DNA of 64,000 nucleotides from Octopus bimaculoides. Lineage: Eukaryota. Position numbers and translations under genes: made by a program. Under the pieces are notes generated by a model that saw nothing but the letters and a program-made list of their open reading frames with translations, was not told the DNA's origin and made no database searches. The DNA is taken from NCBI RefSeq assembly GCF_001194135.2, contig NC_069000.1, positions 5,004,521 to 5,068,520 on the forward strand, given 5' to 3'. Positions 24,574 to 36,650 of the stretch are shown in pieces. Numbering within the stretch: position 1 is the first letter of the stretch; each line of letters opens with the position of its first letter.

Positions 24574-26443
24574 TTTATGTGTGTACTTGTGTATGTGTGA
24601 ATGGGTGCGAACGACCTCTAGACATTTTAACGCTACGCATTTGGGTCGGGTTTCCTCAATGTTCTTGTCTATACTAGAATGATACCTATCATATGAAGAG
24701 AAAGTTCTTGTTCACATTTGAGCTATTTGAAATCGATAGAAGAATATTGTTCAGTGTCCCTCGCAGAGGGATCCAACTGTGAATCATGCGTCCGTGAAGA
24801 GAACTCCTTCACCATGAAACCATACCTGTACTCCATTCATAATCACACTGATCATTTAAAGCTAACTAGGAATACATTATCAAATACGTCAATATACACT
24901 TATCCGTTTTAAAGCAACAAAAAATCTCTCCAATAAAGGTTTATATAGCTGCTATTTCTTGTAGCGTGAGCGATTATTCAAATGCTTTTTCATTGGCTGA
25001 TGTTAGTCGAATGTCTCAGTTGTTGATACAATACGACAAAAATAACAAGGTTGGTACACAAACTCGCAACCTTCGGCTGATAATTTAGTGCTTTATCAAC
25101 TGTGATATCTATAAAGCTTTACATACCCGTTCACATCGATAATATTCACGCAGTCACACGGAATTTGGTGGAATTAACTCACTTCTTTAGATCTATAAAT
25201 ATGTCACTTTTTTCGCTTTATTTTTAGTTTAATTACTCTCACATTCTATGTATTATACCGAACTATAAAACATTACTGTTAATAATTACTTCATTATTAT
25301 TAATTAATCGTATTATTTTTCTAACTTTTTATTTTTCTATCATTCAGAAGTCTGCTTCTGTTCGATTTAAAATTTAACAGTTCAGTGGCCGTAACCTTAC
25401 TTAATGTCTTATCGTATTCAATAAATTAATATAAATTTCTACTATTTTTATATATGTGTGTTTTTTTGTGTTAAACAAACAAACTTAATTATTTTAGAGT
25501 TGTCCACAATAATTATCCTACTTCCTATAATTACGTGATATTTTCTTTTTTTATATTTTGAAATATTTTTAATATTTCATGATTCAGAGGAAGATATTAA
25601 AATATTTTACTTTTCGCACATGCGCGTAGTGTCTTTAATTTTAAAATGATATAAATGTGTCTCGCAGCATGATTTAGTCATAGCATCGTATATAATTATG
25701 TAGGTGCAGCATCAGTGAATTGTTAACAAGTTGGCATCGAAACAGCGAGTTCCTACGTTCGCGCCTAGTTCAGGAACTATGCATATCATTTTCTATTGCA
25801 TCGGATCCATCTATTGGATATAAATTTGGTAGGCCGATGCTCTTGGGAGTAGCCTGTACCTATAAGTCAAAATATTCTACTTTGGCGTCCATACTGTCTC
25901 ACGCTCATTTGGTCTGAGAATGGACACTTTCCTACAGAATTCAGCGACAAATAATTTCTACACTAATTCAGGGGCAGATAATTTAGTTGATTCTCATCTT
26001 GAACGAAGGAAATCCGCTGTCATGTAGGGTTAGATAGAGTTGTGAACGTAGTGTAATAGGTCGCTTCACTCTCACATGTTCCAGGTTCAATTCAACATAA
26101 GTTAAATTTGAGTAATTGTTTTCCAGTGAATCTTGGGGTTGCTAATGTACACGATAAATAGAATATGTCAACGGAAATAGTACAGAAAATCATAAAATAG
26201 AAGTAGCAATGAGTTTTCGAAAGGTCTTGCATGTAATTACTACACTTTGTAGAAATGATATCAATCGCAGCCTAAATTCTTGAACATGAAGGAAACCCCT
26301 ACTCATCTGTACTGTATGAAGCTGGAAATTTGGATGGAATCTGTTGGAGTTGGTTCGAAGTTATCTGAGGTTAAGATCGTCGAATCAAAATTGACTGAAG
26401 ACTAATAAATGAAATAGGAACGCATCTCGACCGGACGAAATTT

Positions 26444-26799
26444 TCGTTTGCAATATCGAATGGAAATACAATCAATTGTACAACGTCAAATATTAGATTA
26501 TACAAAGTCTGAAATTTCAGCGAAGAGATGTATTCAAGAAAATCTGCAAACTGTGGCCAATGGGGAGCATTATGGTCGATCAGGCTACCAAAATTAATAG
26601 TTAAGCTTCACTCAAATCTGCTCGTTTCCAATATTGAATGGAAATACAGTCAAGTGTAACAGTCAAACATTAAATTATATAAAATCTGAAATTTCAGCAA
26701 AGAGTTGTATTCAAGAAAATCTGCGAACTGTGACAATGAGGAGCTCAATATTCGATCAGGCTACACAAATTAATGGCTAAATTTCACTCAAATATGCTC
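26444..26799. repeat. Diverged 178-bp tandem dimer
   Basis: Units start TCGTTT(G/C)CAATAT(C/T)GAATGGAAATACA at 26444 and 26622 and are colinear to CTCAAAT(C/A)TGC; roughly 80% identical by eye. Confidence 0.9.
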
Positions 26800-26995
26800 T
26801 GCTAACTTGGTATTAAAATCAAATAGAGACAGGTCGGTGCAATATCATAACGCGCAAAACATTATGTCAAGAAGATAGATCCATGTTCATGTAACAACGG
26901 TTTTGTTCTTCCTATGTGCTCCCTGGAAAACCTTGGAAAACCTTGCACCTAGCATTCTGCGATGGAGTATTATGAACGGGCATGTGCAGGATACC

Positions 26996-27074
<79 letters not shown>

Positions 27075-27080
27075 GTGTAT

Positions 27081-27276
27081 GTGTTTGTGTTTGTCCCCCT
27101 ACCATTGCTTGACAACTGATGTTCGTGTGTTTACATCTCCGTAACCTAGCGGTTCGGCAAAAGATATCGATAGGATAATTACTAAGCTTACAAAGAATAA
27201 GTACTGGAAGTCTATTTGTTCGACTAAAAGCGGTGTTCCAGCATGGCCGCAGTCAAATGACTGAAACAAATGAAGA
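27081..27276 (+). mobile_element. SINE family B 3' tail after a microsatellite
   Basis: Matches 17941-18136. Confidence 0.9.
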
Positions 27277-28328
27277 ATATGTGTGCGCGCGCGCGTGTGT
27301 GTACATATATTTATATGTATATATTTATATGTATATGTACAGATATATGGATGGATGGATGAAGGGTTGGATGTATGGTTGCAAGGATCGACCGATCGAT
27401 CGATTGATAGATGGATAGTTACATAAATAGATAAAAATATAATACCAGTTAGTGATTATCGCTGTCGGATCATAGATATTTACACAGTCCAAGCTAACAG
27501 GGGCTAAATATCAACAACGCAGCCTAACATGTCTATTATCTCCCTATTATATGCAGAGATCCTCCTTCCAGCCAAAATGGCGTATATAATATTATGCAAC
27601 GAAGTATACTGCGCAGTTTTAAGCTGATCGAATTAACGGATCTATTTTTAAGCCATTAGCCGTCATTGGTATTTCTAACGTTAGCCATGTATTAATTGAA
27701 TCACGGTTTTCTGAATATAATTAAGATGCAGCTGCGTTGAGAATTATTTAAACATTCCCTTCATTTGCGTCACTAATACCCTGGCTAACATTAAGCCTTT
27801 TACTCTCCCAGATTTGCCATTTCTTTAAATGTAGATATGCAGTGGTGAAGTATGTTGCTTTGATTTGAAAGGCAAGTATTATTGTACTAAGCAGTTTAAT
27901 AGATATTTGCCGTTCCTTTCATCAAATCATATCGGCCATATTTGTGAAGCCATCTTAAGCATTGATTTATAATATAATACGTCATTCCTACCTTTAAATA
28001 TCCCTCATTATTGCCGTTTTCGTCACCTTCGCTGTAGTGTGGCCACAGGTCAGTTTTTATCACGCCAAGCTGGTCGATATCCTTCCAGTTTTTGACTATT
28101 CAGCCGTTTATTCGTTTATACACACACGGTAAAATCGCAACTCTTTCTCGTGAAGCGCATATGCTTATTCTGTTACTACAATTCAGAATGTAATTGTTGT
28201 TGTTGTTGTTGTATTTGATATAAAGTACATATTAGAGATGAAAATGCGAGAAATATTGTTAGCGGAGTTATTGTTTAACAAAACAAAAATTTTAAAAGCT
28301 TCTTGGCATTATTTATCCACCAATTTAA

Positions 28329-28432
28329 GGAGGCGAGCTGGCAGAGTCGTTATTGCGCAAAGCAAAATGCTTAGTGGCATTTCGTCCGTCTGTCTTAAAG
28401 ACGTTCTGAGTTCAAATTCCGCCGAGCTTGTA
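28329..28432 (+). mobile_element. SINE family A 5' half
   Basis: GGAGGCGAGCTGGCAGAGTCGTT...GTTCTGAGTTCAAATTCCGCCGAG; tRNA-like head with box B. Confidence 0.85.
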
Positions 28433-28477
28433 GCATCAACTGAATAAACTGATTCTGAAAGATGAAAAGTAAAATTG

Positions 28478-28730
28478 GTCTCAGCGAGATTTGAACTCAC
28501 AATGCGAAGAACTGCATGAAATACCTCAAGTCATTTTGTCCGAGATGCTAACAGTTCTACTAAAATATCGCCCAAAAGACCCGAAAATACTGCGAAGTAT
28601 TTAACTGGTACTAACTTTATCGATCCTGAAAATATGAAAGGCAAAGTCGACCTCGGCATCATTTGAACTCAGAACATAAAAGAGGAAAAGATGTCACTTA
28701 GCATTTTGGCCGACGCGCAAACAAGATTTT
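28478..28730 (-). mobile_element. Two degraded SINE family A copies in tandem
   Basis: GATTTGAACTCAC at about 28488 and AAAGGCAAAGTCGACCTCGGCATCATTTGAACTCAGAAC at 28637-28675, both reverse complements of the family A core. Confidence 0.75.
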
Positions 28731-29587
28731 TGATTCGAATCATATTTTCATCTGCAAGATTGCCGCTCTCATCCGGGGAGTGATAATAACACTTCTAAGG
28801 TGAGATATTAAAAAATCAAAACTTAATTTAGCTGCTATGTCTAACAGGTTATACAACTACATTCCAACTATCTCACAGACTTAGCTATATGGCAGAAAAT
28901 CAAATTCCTAGTTTCCATGTTTCCAATAAAATTACAAAAGTGTGTTTTTAAATCAGTGCAGAATTGAGACAACAAAGAAAAATCGGTAAAAATGGCCGTT
29001 ATTTAATGTCAGTTTCTCTGTTGGAGGCATTTCAATTTCAGTTCCATCTTTGGAATCACACCCATTCCCCTACTCGTCTTCAAACTCCCTTTTTCTAAAT
29101 CTATTGCCACATATATAATTAAAGACTACATATAAAATATAATAAAATATGATATACTATATGAATATATANNNNNNNNNNNNNNNNNNNNNNNNNNNNN
29201 NNNNNNNNNNNNNNNNNNNNNNNNNNNNNNNNNNNNNNNNNNNNNNNNNNNNNNNNNNNNNNNNNNNNNNNNNNNNNNNNNNNNNNNNNNNNNNNNNNNN
29301 NNNNNNNNNNNNNNNNNNNNNNNNNNNNNNNNNNNNNNNNNNNNNNNNNNNNNNNNNNNNNNNNNNNNNNNNNNNNNNNNNNNNNNNNNNNNNNNNNNNN
29401 NNNNNNNNNNNNNNNNNNNNNNNNNNNNNNNNNNNNNNNNNNNNNNNNNNNNNNNNNNNNNNNNNNNNNNNNNNNNNNNNNNNNNNNNNNNNNNNNNNNN
29501 NNNNNNNNNNNNNNNNNNNNNNNNNNNNNNNNNNNNNNNNNNNNNNNNNNNNNNNNNNNNNNNNNNNNNNNNNNNNNNNNNNNNNNN

Positions 29588-29618
<31 letters not shown>

Positions 29619-30590
29619 GTATATATGTATATATGTAAAACAAAGAATATATAATATATAATCCTGTGTAAGAAAAGAACGTTACCATTGTGAATACCCT
29701 GCAGAGAACCGACTGAGATTATTCCTGGTTGATACAATGCTACCAATCAGTACAACAAGGTGGTAAATATATTCTGTAATGCCTTGCCAGATGCGTTAAT
29801 TTACCAGACGGATATTAATTTGATTTACTGAGAAATTGCTCGGCGAAATCTGTGTGTTTATTATATACAAGTTAAAGGCTTTTGACACGAATCATATTTT
29901 CAACTATGAAATAAGAAAAGAAAATAAAAGGAGAAAAATGTGTTAAAAAATACAATTACGAGGAACGAAACTGGAATAATTAGGTAATTCAAATGAGCAT
30001 CAATATCCACCGGCTTTAATCGTTATAGATTATATCCCACTGGGAGATACTGGGTAATTAACGCTAAATTGAATATAACCGTTTCTTGTCTTTGTTTTCT
30101 TCTTCGCTGCTTGTTTCTCATCAACCTACATGAAATCAGCAAGCATTCTTTGTGAGTAAATCTGTGGTTTTGTGGCTTTTTATTTTCGTTAAGTTTTCTT
30201 TGGTTCATTTCATTTTCTTTTTAACAAAAAGAAAAAAAACGACTAAAACATTACTCTGCTGTGAAGAGCTCGAAGAGACGAAAATACTAAACAATATGCA
30301 TTAAACAAACTTATTGAAAAATAAAGAGACGAAGAGAGAAAATAACCGACGAAATGACTAAATGAAACAAAGAATCTAATTTATAGCGAGAAAATAGGAT
30401 TTCTACTCAAGATTGAAATGTAACAAACAGGATGCGGTACAATTGTTAGACTGTTCGCAAAGAATTAAAGTGTTATCCTCAAAAGAGAAAGTAAGACTTC
30501 CTTAAGAGAGATTCTGTATTTTATATCCACGAAGTGTTTTGTCTTCCACTACGATAACATTCTCAATATGATATTCGAGATTAACGCGTC

Positions 30591-30778
30591 AAGCCGGCAG
30601 AATCGGTAGCACACTGGGAAAAACGCTTGGCGGCATTTCGTCCGCCTTTACGTTCTGAGGTCGACTTTAGTTTTCATACAATCGGGGGTCGATGAAATAA
30701 GTACTAGTTGAGGACTGGTTTTGAGGACTTTTCTCCTTCCCCGAACTTGCTGGCCTCGCGCCAAAATTTGAAACCAAT
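30591..30778 (+). mobile_element. SINE family A with box B deleted
   Basis: GGCAGAATCGGTAGCAC...GTTCTGAG|GTCGACTTT lacks the TTCAAATTCCGCCGAG segment present in other copies. Confidence 0.85.
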
Positions 30779-33422
30779 ATGGTTTAAATTGGTTACAGTC
30801 CACATATTCTGGGCAAGTCATAAAACTGGCAGCTGTTGATAAGGTTCCTGTCCTCTTGTTCGGTATGGTTATACAGCAGGAAGAGATAAGTATTAATTCT
30901 CAAACAACGTGATATTTTATTGTTAATTCTTTGGAAATGTTAAGCTCTTGAGGAAGTGTAATACAGTATAAACAACGTCCAGAATATTTATTCTCATACC
31001 TTAATGAAGTTAATATCTGATTATTTTGAATTAAAATTTATTCAGAGGTTGTCTTCCTTTCGTCTCTTGACAAAAAATTAATATTTTAGAAAAATAATCT
31101 TTTTCTCATAATTGAAAGTGTGATTTTAATTCATTAACGTATCTTGACTCCCCTCATTAAATTTATTAGCGCCCACTTCTGATATGAAAATGAAACAGAT
31201 ACGAAACAAAGCAGGTGCGATGAATCCAATATTTTTTTCTTTATGTAACCTTTCTTTCCAGGTTCATTTTTATTCCCAAAGCGCAATTTCGAATAAAATC
31301 GTGTGAATTAGTAATTTATTCCTTGTGATTCCCTCAAATTGGACATAAAACTGAAAGCATATTTGTGCTGTTTTCACGAAGATTTTAAAAACATTTGTTT
31401 CGCTTGTAAATTTATCGTTGTAAAAATGCTTCCGTGTTCTATAAATCTTTATTATTATTATTATTTTTTTTTTTGATGGTGATGATGATGATGTTACTGT
31501 TGCTGTTGTTCTCGTTACCACAATGTTCGGTTCTTTTATTCGAATTTCCATTCATGTATGGATTCAGCTATTGAAATGGCTCCCCTGTTGGGATTAGCAC
31601 TTCTCAGTGTTCTCATTATGAAAAAAAGACTCATCAGTTCGCTTTATTTTTTCATTGAGATCTGTATGTTAGATTGTCAAAAGTGTTAATCGACACTACC
31701 AAAATAAATATAGTGATATATGTGCTACGGCTCTTTACCATTTAGGTTCGAATTCTCAGAAATTAACCCTTTAAACATTGAAAATAAGAAAAATGGAGTA
31801 GTCGTATTGTTTACACGTTCTCTAGCAAAATGTTGGTCATATGCCAGAATTAGAAAGGAATATTATAACTAAAATAGGTGTAAGAAAATCTACGTATACA
31901 AAGTGTAAAGAGAAGTATATTAAAATGATTTAAATTCATATACGTAACATAAAAAAGATGTATATATGAACCTTATCCATTTAGAACGGGTTTAGCACAC
32001 ATAGATCTATCTATCTACCTAACTAGTTAACAGTATATATANNNNNNNNNNNNNNNNNNNNNNNNNNNNNNNNNNNNNNNNNNNNNNNNNNNNNNNNNNN
32101 NNNNNNNNNNNNNNNNNNNNNNNNNNNNNNNNNNNNNNNNNNNNNNNNNNNNNNNNNNNNNNNNNNNNNNNNNNNNNNNNNNNNNNNNNNNNNNNNNNNN
32201 NNNNNNNNNNNNNNNNNNNNNNNNNNNNNNNNNNNNNNNNNNNATGACACTGTAAACTTCATGTAATCAAAGTAACCTGAGTCTGAAACCTCGCTTGCGG
32301 TTTATCCCACATTTGGATAATTACTACTTCCGGGGTTTCGCTAGCTACGACATAAATTTAGCCTGGATTTTATCTACTTAATTTCCTAATTTTTTTATAT
32401 CTGTTCGGATATACAACATCCCCAGTTGTTAACCGTGAACTATAAAATAACTTTTCTTCAACTTATCGTACTTCGATAGGGGAAAGATATCGCAACCTTC
32501 TGCGCCAATCACTATTTTTCGTGAAAGTTTTTTATATCTTCTACGGGCTGCTTCAAGCTCGCTAACTCTTACACTTTGATCCTTGGATCTTACCTTTACA
32601 CAAACACACACAAAGGTATGTGTGTGTGTGTGCGTTCATGTGTCTGTATGTGTGAAAGAGAGAAATGAGTCTCATGGGGAGCACAACATTTTCTTTTTAC
32701 TGATTTTTACTGCTGTTTGCAGAAAATACGGTCGTCCCCGCAAATCATTCTCACTAAACTTATAATTCCCAATAATTCTCTTTTACTCTGAAGAGATTCC
32801 ACAACCACCATGACAGAAAGTTTACGATTAACCTTCTTAATCGTGTTTTTTCTTCTCGTTTTGACCATTAATTATGTTTTTATGTAATCATTATTTAAAT
32901 TTTATATTACATGCATATTACCTAAATACATGACTGAACAGTTCTCTAATAACACTTTTTACTGCATATGTTATAACGGAAACACATCTATTAAACATGA
33001 CAGAGAAGGCATAGACGTTCGTTTTTATGCCTATATTTTCGTTCATTTTGTTCTTGTTAAGAAAACTACTAAATTCTGACTTTACAATCTTTCCTACTTT
33101 ACAATCAATGAATATTAAACTCGAACATGGTTGTTAAATTAAGCTATAAAATGCTGTTTGATTTTTTCTTTTATTGTGTGAGGTTCTTACATTAAATTTT
33201 TAGCTTCCTTTAGTTTCTTATTTTTTGTTTGTTTGTTTTTACTCTCCATATTTCGATTTCAATTAAATTCAATGGACTACGACTGGAGAAAGGTTTTTCA
33301 CTTCCTTTAAGAATTTTGTATTTTCGTGTAAGAATCTTGACATAAGCCATTTGAATATTTCATTAGAAGTTCACTTCATCATTATGAGCATCATCATCAT
33401 CATCATCATCATCATCATTATC

Positions 33423-33612
33423 AAGAGGGTGAGCTGAGAGAATCCTGAGCACGCCGGGCGAAATGCTTAGCAGTATTTCGTCTGCCGCTAAGTTCTGAGT
33501 TCAAATTCTACTGGGGTCGATTAAATAAGTGCCAGTTACGCATTAGGGTCGATGTAATAGACTTAATCCCTTCCCCTAGATTTGAGGCCTTGTGCTTCCA
33601 GTAGAAAGAATT
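33423..33612 (+). mobile_element. SINE family A with an internal deletion
   Basis: GCACGCCGGGCGAAATGCTTAGCAGTATTTCGTCTGCC...GTTCAAATTC then directly GGGGTCGATTAAATAAG; ends in an (ATT)n tail. Confidence 0.9.
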
Positions 33613-33616
33613 ATTA

Positions 33617-33678
<62 letters not shown>

Positions 33679-33715
33679 GCTGTTGTTGTTGTTGTTGTTG
33701 GTGGTGGTGTTGTTA
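33610..33715. repeat. (ATT)n -> (GTT)n -> (GGT)n compound microsatellite
   Basis: Directly visible; contiguous with the SINE tail. Confidence 0.9.
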
Positions 33716-34169
33716 TTTTGAGAGTATGCATGGCCATTGTATAACAGTTAATACTGCGGTAGAAATATGAAGTCCCTGTAACGATGTTAGGAGGTGGAGT
33801 CAGCTATTATTAAATTACAGGAGAGTTCAATAGAGTAGGCCGATAACTTCACCTGCTGTGCAAAGAAGGAAATTTACCATTCCGAACTCTTGGCCTTTGT
33901 GTCTGAGAAAAGGAAAAAGAGAGAAAGAGTTACAGCTTCGATTGCCAGATAGCAAAGGGATTTAATTTCATTATTTTCCATTAATTGGCTTTAATTGCAT
34001 TTTAAAACCGTAGAAAATAGAAAAATCAGGAAAAGAACATTTATTTGACGAGCAGGAACAAATATAACATCGAGAGGATTTAATTGATTATAAAAATTCA
34101 CTCTAAAATATATTCCCACCATAGTTTCGTTTCGTAGGTTTTGCATTCTATATAGGGATATTTATACAG

Positions 34170-34865
34170 AGCGTGCTGAAATTAGGTGCTAGTCCTTCTA
34201 GAGTTTTCGATATGTAGATTATTATATACCTGTTTCACCTTCGCTATATGCGGTAAAGTTGTAGGGTTTTCAGCCTCTCATTGAAGCTTATCTGCTGAAC
34301 TGTTGCATTCGTTTTAGTGTAGTTGACGTTGTACCGCTTCAAGTTCCGCTGTTAATTTGGCATTATGTAATGACCATAGCTGAGAGCAGTACTCCAGGCA
34401 TCGGAGCACAACGGACCTCCACAGGTTCAACATAACTTTTGGTCCCTTGTCTTGAAGGGCAGTATCCATCCTGCCAGTTGTCAGCACTTTGCTACCATCT
34501 TGTAATGTGCATATAGAATAATACAACGTTGCACATACTGATCTTCAAGTCTTTCACTGTCTGTGATTCTGGGATTGCAGTGCTTTCGTGTCTCCTATAT
34601 GCTGGTTGCGGTGCACTGGTGAGCTGATAGTGCAGTTCTTGGAATTTTGCAGTATTACGCTGCATGTTATTTACTTCAGTCCATTTGTATATTGCGTCCA
34701 TGTTCCGTTGCAAGCTGGGTTGCCACTGTGGTCTCTGGGCTGCAATGTTAAATATTTCAGCAGAGTTTTTATCTACGTGTGTTCCTTTCGAGAGATGAAG
34801 ACACTTTTAAATTGTTCACAGAATACCTCATTTATCCTTTCTGGGTCCGCAGTCAGTGAGCCATT
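34170..34865 (-). mobile_element. CR1/L2-group LINE ORF2 relic with the RT core missing
   Basis: Across frames: SLTADPERINEVFCEQFKSVF; LQRNMDAIYKWTEVNNMQ.N..KFQ; VKDL.I; VMLNLWRSVVLRCLEYCSQLWS; ELEAVQR; SFNERLKTLQLY..RR..RYIIIYISKTLEGLAPNF. These are characteristic CR1-group motifs in the correct order. Confidence 0.85.
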
Positions 34866-35511
34866 GCAAACATTACAGATCTAACGTCAGGAAATATAAC
34901 GGAAATAGACTGTAGGTGTACAATATCACGAATATATATTTACAAATACCTCGCAACCCCTTTCATATATACGAGTACGTATGAATTTATATATGGATGG
35001 ATGATTGGATCGATCGATCGATCGATAAAAATGGATGTGTGTAAGTATGTATGTTCTAAATTGGGAGTGCGTGTGCACGAGTTGTTTTTTATTGGACTTC
35101 ATTACGAAGATTGCAACTGAAATATCATCTTCCGCAATTTTCATCAAATGCTCTCATATTGTTGAAACAAACCGTATTTGATTTTACGATTTTGTGATTC
35201 TCATTAACTATAATGAACCATTTACCACAAAGAACAAAATGGAATATCACTGAATAAATAACGATTTACCATTTGTTTTTTATTTTTAGGAATGCATAGT
35301 GATTTACTACAATTTCATTGTAAATTAATATATACGAGAAGAATTATATGAGGTTATCAAATAATGCGCTTCAAACACGTTTAAAATAATAACAGTGACT
35401 ACCTACTTAAGCAATATTCCAGAAACGAAAAATCTACATTTACACACACACAAACATACGCATGTGTGGGTAAATATATGTGTGTGTGCATATATATATG
35501 CATGTGCATAA

Positions 35512-35556
<45 letters not shown>

Positions 35557-35566
35557 NNNNNNNNNN

Positions 35567-35609
<43 letters not shown>

Positions 35610-35754
35610 TGTTTCATATTTATGTGTGGCATACGTATATGCGTATACAGTCATCGGTGAATATGCATATTCCCATATGTGCCACGATATATGCATGTGT
35701 GTGTGCGTGTGTGTGTATGTGTGTGTGCGGTTGTGTGTGTGTATTGTGCAAGTG

Positions 35755-36650
35755 TCATTTATGTTCGTTTGGTGGTGCCATAGTTACTTGATTAATTATC
35801 TCACTTCGCAATCGTGTGGTCTGCGGTTTCAACACTTTGGGAGCACCCTGGGCGCGTCGAACTAAAAGCTTAGCGCAATTTTTTTCAGCACTTTCCGTTC
35901 TGAAAACAAATATCTCCTCGGCGTCGATAAAATTAATATCCGTAAAACACTGCGGTTGATGAAATCGATAACCATCTACTCCAGAATTTCTGATCTTGTA
36001 CTCTTGTACCCTTGTACCATTGTGCCTAACTGTGGGCAGATTTAAAGCCGTAACTTTACTTAAAACACAATCAACAACATTGACTAACATGCGCTATTCG
36101 TCCACCAGATTGGAAGACATTCAGCCACATTAGCTATGACAGACAAAGGAGCTAGAAACGCTGTCTGGAAATCCGATTGGGTGACGCAATGTACAGAAAA
36201 GGTGTTTTTGCACTTTTAACCACAAGTGAGAATGTTTTGATCCGCTTCAAATGCAGTGAATTTGCGTTTAGAAGTTGAAATATATCACAACGGTATTTAA
36301 AATGAACCAAAGGACGCTTGTGCCTAAACACTGCGAGATGCTGCTGATGCGACTGCATTACATCAGACATGGCGGTGCAAAAACACACCTCACTCCCTGT
36401 TGTTAAGTGTGATTCAGTCAATGCTACCGGTTTAATCTGTCAAGGGTTAACCTTGTTCGGTATTTCCCACCCATAACGGCTAACGAGGAAGAAACGCTGT
36501 GTCTGGGCATCCGATAGGGAGAGAACAATACCTGGCAGATATGGTGTTTTTTCACCTCTGCCACGAGAGACAATATTTTCTCCACGGCAGCTACAATGAA
36601 TGTTTGTTTTGAAGTTAAAACCTTAAATATCATTAACTTAAAGTTCATAT
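35755..36650 (-). pseudogene. Possible decayed tandem-domain coding tract (~335-bp period; cadherin-like spacing, unconfirmed)
   Basis: Three consecutive minus-strand open frames (about 75, 89 and 111 codons) in different frames. A nucleotide repeat has anchors AGAAACGCTGT at 36154/36490 and GAAGTT.AAA at 36271/36611. Canonical cadherin calcium motifs are absent. Confidence 0.3.

Noticed and set aside
32430-32620. Frame ELEAARRRYKKLSRK (J-domain-like) and back-to-back splice donors at 32590-32620
   Set aside because: No HPD motif, no acceptor, and the donors abut microsatellite sequence.
33950-34010. Dense TAAT/ATTA cluster suggesting homeodomain sites
   Set aside because: Expected at this AT content; cannot be supported without conservation data.
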